From Tubulanus polymorphus (taxonomy: Eukaryota; Animalia; Nemertea): DNA of 64,000 nucleotides. Shown here piece by piece: positions 49,801 to 59,173 of this stretch (positions are counted from its first letter, which is position 1; every line of letters starts with the position of its first letter). The stretch covers positions 16,065,653 through 16,129,652 of the forward strand of contig NC_134028.1 of the NCBI RefSeq assembly GCF_964204645.1, given 5' to 3'. The notes beneath the pieces are model-generated. The model was not told the DNA's origin, ran no database searches, and saw only the letters and a list, made by a program, of their open reading frames with translations. A program made the translations under genes and the position numbers.

Positions 49801-52800
49801 TACAAAAACCAATGACCTTGAAACCCACCACAATCATAGACGATGTCATGAGCTACAACTTTGCAATTGATTATGGTAAAAAAATATGCATAGGTACAAA
49901 TATAATATAGAAATACCAAGTTATTGTATCATTCAACACCCCCTGGTGCCCATAGACAAAAACCAATGACCTTGAAACTCACAAAAATCATATAACACGT
50001 TATGGGCTACAACTTTCCAATTGATTGTGGTAACACAATATGCTTAGGTATAAAACTAATGTGGAAAAACTTTTTCCCACCTACAAATGAATACTGATGA
50101 CACCAAGATGGTCGCCAATTGTGTCATAGGCCTAATTGGCAGATCAAAAATACCCTTCAATTCTCAAGTATAAAACATCCCTTTCCAAAGAATACCCATC
50201 ACAAATTGCAATGAGAAATGGCAAACCAGTAGGAGGCTACAGGACCCAGAATTCCGGCCAAAATTGACATTTTTGGCCACTAAAAAGTTCGTAAGACGGC
50301 CATCTTGAGTCCGGTCAACCAAAATTTTCTTATGCTGATGGGCCCTTGGGGGATTCGAATATGTACGAAAGATCAAGGTAATTGATCAAAGCGTCTTCAA
50401 AATTTCCCTCAAATGTGTAAAAAGTGCTGATTTTGGCGAATAGCAATGGCTGCCAGTCGGCCATCTTGATTTTGATAAGGCCAGTTTTTGGGCTGAAGAT
50501 GTGTCTAGGGTAGATACATGTGTAACCCAAATATCAAGACATTATATGTTGAAGCGTCTTCAAAACTTCCCAAAATAACTGGATTCCGCCTACGGATGTA
50601 CGGAGGAACAGATGGACCAAAAGTGAATGCAATAGCCCGCTGGGAAGAAAATCCCTAGTGGGCTAAAGATGAACCTCAAACCTTGGAATTTCCAAGGAAG
50701 ATTTTCATCCCTGAAACTTTATTCAGCCTGATTTTTTTAAACTGCCACGATCATGAGAAACAATGTATCCTTTTTTTGGCCTTAATGTTTCTTAAGTTTT
50801 ATGGATTATGATGTGTTGATACATTACCATAAAGGGTAATCATTTTGTCCCTCCTTTTATAATATTCTGATTCTTCCTTCTTCAAAACCATACAATATTC
50901 TGGATCTTCTCGTTCCTGTTTTTGATAAAATAATACATAAGGATTTAGGCAAGGTTTATTTTGTAGCATGTTCTGTCTACGATGGTTACACTTTGTAAAT
51001 GAAACCATAAGTTTTTCCAGGTAAAAGATCAAACAAAGGATAAAGGATGCAGCCACCAGGCTGTAAAATAAGGGGGTATTTAGGATAATGATTACAAGAC
51101 ATGATTACATTACAGTTTTTTAGATTGAAACTTAAAGAAGAAAATGGCGTCGAACCAAAAACACTGATTGTTCCATTGCGTAAGTTTTATTATCATATAC
51201 CCAACTCAGGGTTTCCAATGGTAAGGCCAGGGTAAAAAGAAGTACTAAGAAGGACTTTTTCAGCAATTTTAGACTCAAAAGGAGGGACTTTTTCACTGGG
51301 AAAGATTTCCAGTAAAATAAGGGCCCAGAAAGGGAGGAGCATTTTCGCAATGGCTTTGCCGGAATACTTCAGGGTAATTCCATAACACTTTCCTGTAGAT
51401 TCAATCTTACTGATAATCGAATAACCAGGCTTGAGTAATGAAATACTTCAACAGTCCAATTTACGACAAAATTTCGCGCAAGAATACATAAAAATCAAAT
51501 TTGGAAGGACATTTTCATCGAAAAAAAGAAAAAAATAAGGACAAAGATGATGTTTGTCCAAACTTTTTCCAAAAGAAGGACAAAGAAGGACTTGGAAGGA
51601 CTGCTGGAAACCCTGCAACTGCCAGCTGAGAAATTCAAAAATTTCACAAAATTTCACTTCTTATGATATTTAATTCAGGGATGTGAACACGGTTAAAACT
51701 TTTTGGCTGGTAGGAACCTGTGTGCCTGTAGGGCACGTAACGAGTCGTTCCGTAAGGCCAACCTTTATTGGAACGAAGGACGGGGGAGCGCGAGGGAGTG
51801 TCCCCCTCATTATGGAATATTTTGAATTTTTTGTGCTTCTCAAATGCAATTTTAGGCACACTCGGACAGCTAATCATGGTACATATTTATTAAGAATGTA
51901 GACAAAAACCATAAAAACATAGGCTATTCCAGTTCAAAAAAGAATTTAATTCCGAATAGCAGTATTCAGAGGTTGAATTTCATTTCAATTTCTTCTTTAT
52001 ACACTGGCTACACTTTCGATATTGTTTCACATAAACTGACGATGTTTAGATTTGAGTTCAAGGTCGCCATGATGAAATGGAATATTAATCTATGTTAGGC
52101 AACAACTATAACTATAACTATTAGAACTTAGGATGGTGATAAAATTGATGCTTATAGTTTGGAAATGTTTCAAAATTAACTAATGTTAAAAATCAAAAGC
52201 GAAAGAAAATCGCGTGTATAATTCATTGTGTAGTATTTAAGCTGCAGTGATGTGGCAGCGTGCCAAAAGTCGATACACAGCAGTCTACTACCGGCACGCG
52301 GCATTCAACGTATACACAATACAGTTCATTCAACACATGGATACAAACAATTAATCAATCAATCGACGCGTGGACTAGGCGTCCCGTACTTGGAACATCG
52401 CATCTCTCCCCCTGTCTATCACTCACCAATTGTTCTAACTCCCCCACTTCAGCTTCAGTTTAGAACAATCGCACGAAAATCAAGAAAAAATTTCCGTCCT
52501 GCTACTTCCGGTTTCGGCCGGCGAGCACTCGCTTACTGCAGCGGACTCTCCACGATCTTGGCAGGTGGAGGTCGAACCACCTAAATTCTGTAACGGATTT
52601 GCATGAATCAGGAAGACCACAAAATTCGGCAAAATATTCACATCCCTGTTAATTCCAGTGGGGAATTGTATGTGAAAACCAAAGTATTTAAAACACAACC
52701 AGCATATATCAAGGACATAAGTGTTCCAAATGTGACAGATTTGAGAAATACTGAATCTGTTACGTCAAGGTTTCATAAGGGAATTGTACACCTGAACTGA

Positions 52801-55800
52801 CATCACTAAAAAAAGGCCCACGGGCCCACGATGTAACATGTTTTAAAATAGTTAAGATGGTATGTGGGGATAATGTTCATTTTCTGTTAATATATCCTTA
52901 CATGAAAGGACAAGCCCATTTCAGCTGCCCTAAAGATCCCACTACATGAGAAAATGCATTAAGAATTGGTGTAGGCATTGTGCTGAAAAGAAATCCAAGA
53001 CAGAGAGCAACCCTGGCGGCCATACTTGAACTCAATTTTCAATAAGGGGTAAGAATTTCACCTTCCAAAATTCTTACACCTAGTATCATGAAAATGCACA
53101 ATAATTGCAGGCCGTTTCGTGCTAGAAATTCAAGATGGCTGACCTGGCGGTCATTTTTGAAAGCTGATGACCTCCATATACAATAGGCATGGTGAACTTA
53201 CCTAACCTGATCCTCACACCAAATTTTGCAGAAATCGGAAAAAAATCGAAAATCAAGAATACCGGACTGCATTAGTGCAAACAAGAAATTCAAGATGGCC
53301 ACCCCAATGGCAGCCATATTTGATAACCAATGACCTTTTTTTAACAATAGGGGTGGTCATCTCGCCAGACCCAACCTTCAAGCTAATTTTCAAAACGATT
53401 CATAGCAAATTACAGGCGAATTACTGTGTCGATTCAATTCAATTCCAGAGGTCCTGAGCCAGGATTCGGGCCATGCTTACATCGTTACTCACTCGCTTGA
53501 CAGAAACGACTTCATCATATACCTCAATAGTCGACATGTGCCAGTCACCCTGCGCACAGATTTGGTTCCAGTCATAAAGTAACCACATTGCCATTTTATG
53601 GACCTTTTCTTTATTCAACTTAGTTGCATTGAAGTGTTTTCAGTCGTTTCATAGATATAATTGCAAATATATCTAGATAGAGCCTGTTCATCAACTGTCG
53701 GATTGGACATATTTATTGAACATGTTATGAAAATCCTATTAGGCCAAATCTGTTCTATTATCACTATTTCAAATCAAATGAAATTTTATTAGTCTTCTTA
53801 AAGTTTTTGATATGCTTTTATGTATAGTCTTAAAGGGGAACTGCAGTCAAAAAAATTATAATTGGCCATTCATTTCAACTCTTTTTGTTGTTTAGCATAA
53901 CGCTAGTTGAAATTTACAATTCTTCCTAATTTACTTGTATACAACCATTTTCATACTGTTATAAGCAGAATTTACGGCAGATGAGAGCCGCCATATTTAA
54001 ATTCCAAAGTGAGGCATGTAAACATTGATGACGTATCCCGGCCCATCACACACTCCCGTATGTACACAAATAGATACACTTATTGAAGGTCTCAGTTGAA
54101 AATCGCCATTGCAAGACTCCTGCTGGGCTGCCAGTGGGGTCTTTACTTTTATTTATCCACTCACGGTGTGAAATATATCCAAATAATTGCTGATGTGGCA
54201 TTATGCTGCAGTTTAGAACTGTTATTGGACTTTTAGTGATGAAAACACAATGAAAAGCAGCAGAAACACGCATGGAAGTGGGCCGAACTAGTCCAAACTT
54301 GTCACAGCCGGGAGAAAAGTGTCTGCTACGTGGAGAAAATGGCGGCGGCCAGTCACTCTACAAAACCCTCTTTATGGATAAAGTATTAGATGAAATGTTT
54401 TTCTGTTGTTTTGAAAATGTATTCATAAAGTTTTGAAAATGTATTCATATAATTCTAACATATACCGTATTTTCCGGCCAATAAGCCGATTTTCTAGCCT
54501 CAGGTTTTTACCCAAAATATCGTGATCGGCTTATTGGGCGGATACGATCTGACATAAAAAATCACTTCCTGATCTATGCCACTCTAATGCTCTCAATGAT
54601 CGTCAAAATCAAGAAAAGTGGTCGATATTTATTTGAGGTCATTATTTACTACCAATTATAATCTATTTTGAACTATTTTATTTTTACTTTGATTGTTCCA
54701 TCACCGCACAGCGGCAATGGTATACATTTATATAACGCGCGAGTTCATCGTACTACCACGTGTCAGTTCATACATTAGTATATATGCAAATCAGCAGTGA
54801 GCCGCGTACTGCGTGTATGGCTGTGTGTATAGTAATCAGCTGAGTGAGTCTATACATAGCACAGTCACTCGGCGATGATAGTATACACAGCACTCTCACA
54901 CATCGGCGGGCGCTACTGTCAGCCTCTTAAATCGTCAATTAAGACGAACTAATTGACAAATCAGTGAATTAAAATCTCTGATGAAGGGCCTCGGCTTATT
55001 GGGCGAAGCTTTATGAAATCCATGTATTTTAGGCTAAAAAACTGCCCTCGGCTTATTGGCCGGAAAATACGGTAGATACAAAAAATTTTTCACTGCAGTT
55101 CCCCTTTAATAGTTAGTTATGTATGTTTGTCCCCTTTACATTTTCTACAGCCAGATCGGAATCAAGATGGCCGACTTGTGTCAAGTTCGGCAAAATCAGC
55201 ACTTTTGCAGAGGTTTTGAATGAGAAATGTTGAAGATGCTTTGATCGATTGTTACTACCAATCAATCCTACAATTGCCAAATTGTAGCTCATGATATCTA
55301 GCACTACATCTTCGTCACGCTATTTTGACTAAACTTCGTACAAAGAGTACTTTGTATTTCGCATATCTCTATATCTGGAATTAGATCTCTAGATGGCGCT
55401 CCTATAAAAAAATGTTGTTTATTTACTGATTTAAGATTGATTTCGTCCAAGTCTAATTATGACATTTCAACCGACTAGTCAGAAAACCCGTTATCGCTGC
55501 TTTGCAGCTATATTTATGTTTGTGTTCATCAGCTTCTAACAACGTCAATTAAACCTTACAATACCACTACCGTATGGCATATGGTACAAAAAGGCAAGCT
55601 AGCATACCCGTACCGCATGTGATACGGTATCACTTAACCCTTCTTCTAGAAGGGCATATCAATCTATATCAGCCGGTGCTGCCATCTGCATAAAATCCAA
55701 GATGGCAGTGGCCAGGAAATAAATTGCCATGGGCAAAGTGTAGTTTCCCTTGAAAGCTCCATCCTCAAGGTCACAGAAAAGTTTGGAGAATGGATAATGC

Positions 55801-58678
55801 TTTAATTAATGATTTGTATGAATATATGCTCAGTTGCACAGACAAAGAGCCTTTGCTCTGGAAACCATGTCATTTAAATTCGCTCCATTTGTATAGTTAC
55901 AGGCTCAGCCTAAGGCTGGCCTAAAAATCAAACCCATGGTAATTTTGTCTACCATAGCAATTATTTTCTTTCTCCCTGAATTATTGGGTTATTTAATAAC
56001 CCGATGCCTCTACATTTGTATAGCCTACGGCCAAGTACAGCGCACAGCATTGCAACGCTAAATGTACCATAATACATGCCAGTGCTGTTATCAGTGTGTG
56101 TGTGTGTGTGTGTGTTCTGTGTTGGGTGTACTCGAGACTAATACATAGAAGAGGCGCGCTAATCGATTAGGCCTAAGTCAAACTACTACATCGCTGTAAA
56201 AGGGTCTCATGTATTGGCTGGTCAGACCTTATAGGCAGGTCTGAATAAATGACTAATTCACTGCTAATTAGGGATGCTTTTTACAATCAGTAAGATCCCA
56301 GGTTGTTATATACTTTAGTGTCTTCCGGTACAATTTTGATGGCATATGCTCCTTCATAGTAACAACCTGTATAGCCTATACCCTTTCATAAAATCCAAAC
56401 AGAGATTTCAGTATACACCAAGAATTCATGAGCATGCAAAAGCAATTATGTCACTCAATTGAACAGCAGTTACATTTACTTACATAAAGGCGCACAACCC
56501 GTTCAAATGTTTCTTTTAACTTCTTACGTTTGTCTTTTAGGACTTTTTCATTTAATTTTGGAGGGTTGGTCGGATCATATTCTAAAAGGAAAGCACACGG
56601 ATAAAATTGAATTTTTACATGTTCAAAACTTTTTGCAATACATAGTTTTCATAGTATTACATACAGTAGACTCTGCCTATAAAACCGGTTCAGTTGGGAC
56701 TTTCATTTTTCGACTGAATCACCGACATAGATAGAAGATTGTTACCAAAGTGTAATTTAGTATGTACGTGAAAAGCTGTTCTGGTTTAGGCGCAGAATGA
56801 ACAGAAATGAAATCAAAATTTTCAGCAGATTACTAAATAGAGCAATATTAGACTGATAATCATGTGTTGAAAAACAGTAGCAAACAGAAATCCTTTATTT
56901 ATTCTGTGGAATTGAATGGATTTCCGGAAAGACATGAACCAGTTTAGACAAAGTCTACTGCAGTTTTGAAAATATCACAATTTCTAGCATTTAAACTTGA
57001 ACACCAATCCTACAAATAACAATACATGTATGCCCAGCTAAATTTCTGTACATGTAAACAATACAATAATACACTTATCTACACTACCCACTCTCCAGCT
57101 TTACCCATTAACTTGCAATGTACCAGTATAGTGATTAGAAGTCATATATTGATTTGTGTGAAGTCATTCTTACCCATCTTCCAGCAAGCAGAAAGTGACA
57201 CAGACAGCCCACAATGTGTAGCAAAGGGGGAAGAATGATTCATCATACAATAGGCATTGTCTTAACGGGTATAGAAACCATGTGTCAGATTTCTGATATT
57301 GAGAAGATTATCAGTAGTAATGGTGCAATATACCAATGACACTAATGAGTTTGGCTGATATTTTGGAATCAGTATTGAATGATTCTGATAATGGTGGCGA
57401 TGATGGCTGGCCTGACAATTTGGATGACCACAGGGGTCTCTGAATAGGCAGGGTCAGACCCGGTGACCCCCCCTCCCTAAAGTTTGCCAACTTGGTATCA
57501 TTTGAAAGCTTGTGAAGAGCTTTCAGAAATGTTTACTATATCAGACTTATCTCTCAACATTTTAGTTTTCCCCTTACAAGGTCCAATATCAGTCACAGGC
57601 TGTAAAATATTTTTCCGGTCAAGGATTAAAATTTTCTTTACAAGTAGCTTTAGACATAGTCATAGGTACCATCCAAAGTAATATTTTTTTTCCCAAATAG
57701 AAAATCTATGTATACAGACTCGGAAAATATATCAAAGACATGGTACATGGAAACACAATTCTGCAAAAGTTATGCAGCTAATAGGCCTATTAATAAATGG
57801 ATGACCCAAATAGAATGAAATAGCGAAACAGAGAAAATAGGACGATATTAGAAAGTTAACTAAAGCATTGAGGAAAAATGTAAACGTACCCATCTTATCA
57901 ATAATTTCCATCTCTTCAAGGAGTTTGACTGGATCCTTTCCTTTCAAAACAGCCTGACGAACCATCATACGCTGTTTCTTATTCTAAAATATGGAAATTC
58001 TATAATTCTTGAAACTTTATCTCCTTTGTCAGAAGATTCTGCTCACATTTATTGTCAGTGTGCAGGAGCAAATCAGAATTTTAGCTTAACCCTATCCAGT
58101 CATATGGGATACGGTATAAAACACATGAGCTTGTGGCAGATACCCGTATCCCATACAGTGCATTTATATCACCCACTTTTAAAAAATATTGTAGCCTACA
58201 CTTAGAATTGCCATGTAGATTAATAAATAACCCAGCAAACAAGTATCAAGTTTCAGCCTCTTACCCCAAAATTCTCTCAACAGTATACATCAGCCTACTG
58301 ACGATATGTCATACTACTGTCTTAATCAGCTTCTACAACAGCTTGATTAACTGTAACCCACTTCGATCATTGATACGAACTGTAGTGCTGCCAACCTTAT
58401 CATTTTTTAAATTCAGGACTCTTTTTTCCTTTCAGTGGTTCAAGGTGTAACATCCACTTTCACGTGATCAAATAGAATTAAGAACAAACACAAATAAGAA
58501 AACTTTTTTAGCCCTATCGACCCAATTAATCTCATGGTGAGGGGTGAGTATCTGGGCTGAGGGTAGATACATATGTAAACCAAATATCAAGACAATCCAT
58601 TGAGGCATTTTTAAACCATATATGGGTATAAAATAACAAGTATTACCTTTTTCAGTTCTTTTTTCCTAGCTTCTTTAC
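6511..58678 (-). CDS. WBP11: WBP11 (WW domain-binding protein 11 / SIPP1 / NpwBP) multi-exon gene, partial; 11 internal coding exons visible
   Basis: Spliced translation RKEARKKELKK|NKKQRMMVRQAVLKGKDP..M|EYDPTNPPKLNEKVLKDKRKKLKETFERVVRLY|...IPMPDMP|..GILKKSAF|..PTPLQLKMLKMAGQ|poly-Pro PPGPPPGRPPG|..NPNVLSAPP..TIEAKPQI...VTKFMPTSLRVKR matches the WBP11 family as I recall it. All exons have GT-AG boundaries and compatible phases. The MGRRS.. start exon and ..FMKEM..LL end exon were not found in the window. Confidence 0.95.
9800..11340. mobile_element. Composite repeat (HINE-like terminus + CR1/L2-type RT scrap + degenerate TTCGAAC-rich array), copy 1
   Basis: Starts ATAAATATAGCTGCAAAGCAGC; MDFDKAFDKV and VTHGSNL..LF..LIND RT relics; collinear with 20755-25372. 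Confidence 0.7.
11342..13749 (-). mobile_element. DIRS1-type retrotransposon, 5'-truncated (RT, RNaseH, methyltransferase-like domain, YR N-terminus, ICR, 3' ITR)
   Basis: RT SLDLKDAYFQVPIHP/LPFGLS/YLD; RNaseH FTDAS..GWG, HINFLEMLAV, DNST; MT-like DLFAT..DAFSLDW..YAFPP; YR N-terminus; terminal repeat shared with the 688-2841 copy; multiple frameshifts. Confidence 0.93.
11518..11610. repeat. DIRS internal complementary region (ICR)
   Basis: The first half is the reverse complement of the element 3' terminus (11342-11377 and 688-728); the second half (ATATTTCCGTTGAGTACTGTACCCTTTCCTATGG) is the reverse complement of the other terminus at 2807-2840. Confidence 0.88.
14660..15673 (-). mobile_element. 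HINE family A with five ~145-bp internal tandem repeats
   Basis: AACTAG terminus, subterminal TGCCCCCACA at both ends, GACG microsatellite, GTGACCTTGACC units starting at 14919, 15066, 15211, 15356 and 15501; close copy at 35617-36500. Confidence 0.85.
15973..16134 (-). CDS. WBP11: WBP11 proline-rich exon GPPPGVPPVMYRPP...PPGPPPGRPPG...RAPP
   Basis: ttttcag acceptor, G|gtgagt donor, 162 bp. Confidence 0.92.
16542..17300. mobile_element. PIF/Harbinger-like MITE
   Basis: ~28-bp imperfect TIR AGTCTGTCTCAGTCCAGTTTGC / GCAAACTGGGCTTAGACAGACT with TTA on both flanks; partial copy at 9610-9790. Confidence 0.75.
17891..18182 (-). CDS. WBP11: WBP11 acidic / low-complexity exon DDEDDQHPAIDYEGDEKK...HSGLPP
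   Basis: gtttag acceptor in phase 0, G|gtaagt donor, 292 bp open frame; overlaps ORF 17880..18089. Confidence 0.85.
18490..19020 (-). mobile_element. Penelope-like retroelement relic (RT thumb to GIY-YIG C-terminus)
   Basis: RPVVAYRRRRILKDMLVHS, Cys linker, PVYKHF, REGFWQYRLKTLTPFGLN; frameshifted. Confidence 0.8.
19869..20093. repeat. ~60-bp minisatellite, about 3.7 units
   Basis: Unit TTAATGGAGGGGTGGAAGGAGTTGAGCTTTTCTATGAATTAAATAAGC..TTCTCTCCAC repeated head-to-tail. Confidence 0.9.
20235..20425 (-). CDS. WBP11: WBP11 exon AKQRKIRFHDD...PTPLQLKMLKMAGQQLPKPAAGLQ
   Basis: poly-T..ctactag acceptor, CAG|gtttgt donor, 191 bp; KIRF (PP1-docking RVxF-type) and TPLQxxMLxMAGQ motifs. Confidence 0.88.
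21536..22405 (-). mobile_element. HINE family C, complete
   Basis: AAACAAG terminus, subTIR AGCTCCGCTG, terminal hairpin AGCTCCGCTG..CAGCGGAGCTAAAAA, GACG microsatellite; the empty site is visible at 10334-10358 (TTGGATACAAAGAAAACCCAGGTTC). Confidence 0.85.
23182..24251 (-). mobile_element. HINE family B, complete, with three 154-bp internal tandem repeats
   Basis: AACTAGGGG terminus, subTIR GCCCACTTGGGA / TCCCAAGTGGGC, repeat units starting at 23254, 23408 and 23562. Confidence 0.85.
28535..29135 (-). mobile_element. HINE family B, partial
   Basis: GGGGTCCAGGGACACCATGCCCACT terminus and two internal units, collinear with 23182-23915. Confidence 0.8.
30106..30263 (-). CDS. WBP11: WBP11 exon DLVPSTTQRHWGKPVGPPPGSPPDLTDSENEIEDASE...LPP (3' boundary uncertain)
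   Basis: ctcaag acceptor in the required phase 2; KPxGPPPG motif; the CAG|gtttgt donor was chosen because it gives the phase 1 needed by the next exon. Confidence 0.75.
31894..31987 (-). CDS. WBP11: WBP11 exon PTAQIPLPDKPQPTPMLPNVLPKGILKKSAF
   Basis: cttttag acceptor, gtgagt donor, 94 bp; IPLP...ILKK motif. Confidence 0.88.
32857..37715 (+). mobile_element. BEL/Pao LTR retrotransposon relic (PBS, gag, protease, RT, RNaseH start), disrupted
   Basis: PBS-like TGGTCCCTCGAACC right after ..CCACA; gag IPIFNG..LKKHLEG..LEKRFG; Cys/His knuckles CFRCLGTGH; protease ALLDECS; RT WYLPHFPV, ADITEMFLQI, FGNAASP, YVDD, FDPL; RVAPLK..IPRLELCAA; many stops and frameshifts. Confidence 0.92.
35617..36500 (-). 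mobile_element. HINE family A, complete, inserted in the Pao pol frame
   Basis: Terminal hairpin TGCCCCCACAACGCGTTGTGGGGGCATAAA. Removing it rejoins IESYQK-KGYITKVP..WYLPHFPV; the insertion sits in an A run (TT on the minus strand), as for Helentrons. Confidence 0.9.
41985..42770 (+). pseudogene. Polinton/Maverick (adintovirus-like) fragment: C-terminal rve integrase with chromo-like tail, followed by the start of a packaging ATPase
   Basis: IQFDDGKEF, VVERFNRTLRTRMWKY, YNNSYHSSIGMKP, KIGQNVRISK, YKLEDLDGEEVDGYFYEDEL, KWVGWPDKFNEW; then ATG at 42653 MNKELFIFEPHDMLISGVTNCG*TYFIL (Walker A with the Lys codon replaced by a stop); much more AT-rich than the flanks. Confidence 0.85.
43777..43845 (-). 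CDS. WBP11: WBP11 exon DQIKFTENVELSMIPMPDMPQET
   Basis: ttaacag acceptor, gtaagt donor, 69 bp, phase 1-1; IP(L/M)PDMP motif. Confidence 0.9.
44834..45399. mobile_element. PIF/Harbinger MITE
   Basis: TIR GGCCATCCCAAAATAAT..TTTGCCGTAAC / GTTACGGCAAAC..GGGTTGGCC, TAA TSD; empty site at about 40005-40025. Confidence 0.9.
45924..46490. mobile_element. PIF/Harbinger MITE, duplicated copy
   Basis: Same TIRs, TAA TSD and flanks as 44834-45399. Confidence 0.9.
46816..46856. repeat. (TG)n microsatellite
   Basis: About 20 perfect TG units; the paralogous site at about 40340-40356 has only a short interrupted GT run. Confidence 0.95.
49782..50667 (-). mobile_element. HINE family B, lacking one terminus
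   Basis: Two ~154-bp units plus a body collinear with 23410-24251; terminal hairpin AGCCCGCTGGGA..TCCCTAGTGGGCTAAA. Confidence 0.82.
50828..50915 (-). CDS. WBP11: WBP11 exon EREDPEYCMVLKKEESEYYKRRDKMITLY
   Basis: aaacag acceptor, G|gtaatg donor, 88 bp; corresponds to the EKENP..EYEQKR region. Confidence 0.88.
52808..53480 (-). mobile_element. HINE-like element family D
   Basis: 52840-53085 is similar to 9375-9610; CAAGATGGC-rich units; possible terminal hairpin at about 53450-53472. Confidence 0.55.
53834..55105. mobile_element. Kolobok-type non-autonomous DNA transposon
   Basis: TIR AGGGGAACTGCAGT / ACTGCAGTTCCCCT with TTAA on both flanks. Confidence 0.85.
54465..55072. mobile_element. 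Tc1/mariner (pogo-like) MITE nested in the Kolobok-type element
   Basis: 25-bp perfect TIR CCGTATTTTCCGGCCAATAAGCCGA with a TA TSD. Confidence 0.9.
56484..56581 (-). CDS. WBP11: WBP11 exon EYDPTNPPKLNEKVLKDKRKKLKETFERVVRLY
   Basis: cttttag acceptor, gtaagt donor, 98 bp, phase 1 to 0; conserved LNEKVLKDKRKKL motif. Confidence 0.95.
57890..57983 (-). CDS. WBP11: WBP11 exon NKKQRMMVRQAVLKGKDPVKLLEEMEIIDKM
   Basis: ttttag acceptor, G|gtacgt donor, 94 bp; overlaps ORF 57732..57968. Confidence 0.95.
58647..58678 (-). CDS. WBP11: WBP11 exon (R)KEARKKELKK, 32 bp
   Basis: Minus strand: tttcag|GTAAAGAAGCTAGGAAAAAAGAACTGAAAAAG|gtaata. Confidence 0.92.
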
Positions 58679-58780
58679 CTGAAATTAAGATCAAACAATG
58701 GGATTTAGATATTACATATCGCAATGATGAAAAAATTATCAGTATCGACAGTGTCTAATATAATCTATATCATGTTTTAA

Positions 58781-59173
58781 GGCCAAAAAAAAATATTCTG
58801 TTTCTGGTCAGGCCCTTCTGCACAAAATGATGCGGTGATGCGGTTTTTTTAAAATGTTCCTACATTTGACTATCGCGTGTGATGGATTAGTCGACAGGAA
58901 CAAGTCCGAACGGATGTATAGTAGCCGGCCCTTTCAAAATTGACATCGATATCAACATGCTTTTGGTTTTCATTCACAATCAGACAATAGCAATGAATAG
59001 ATAGATGGACTAAACTTTTGCGTTTTACTTCCGTGTTTGATGCCCTCGGCGACTAGTTAGTGCATGATACGCGAATTTCGGAGCCAATTTTTGTTTCCGA
59101 AAAAAAAATTGACGCGGGGGTTCTAGATCGACGCGCGCCCTGACCAGAAACAGAATACATTTTTTGTTTGGCC
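58781..59173. mobile_element. PIF/Harbinger MITE
   Basis: TIR GGCCAAAAAAAAATATTCTGTTTCTGGTCAGG / CCTGACCAGAAACAGAATACATTTTTTGTTTGGCC, TAA TSD. Confidence 0.88.

Noticed and set aside
57165-57250. Possible poison exon of WBP11 (minus-strand GG|GTAAGA donor at about 57170)
   Set aside because: No convincing acceptor or homology; such motifs arise by chance and it is untestable without RNA data.
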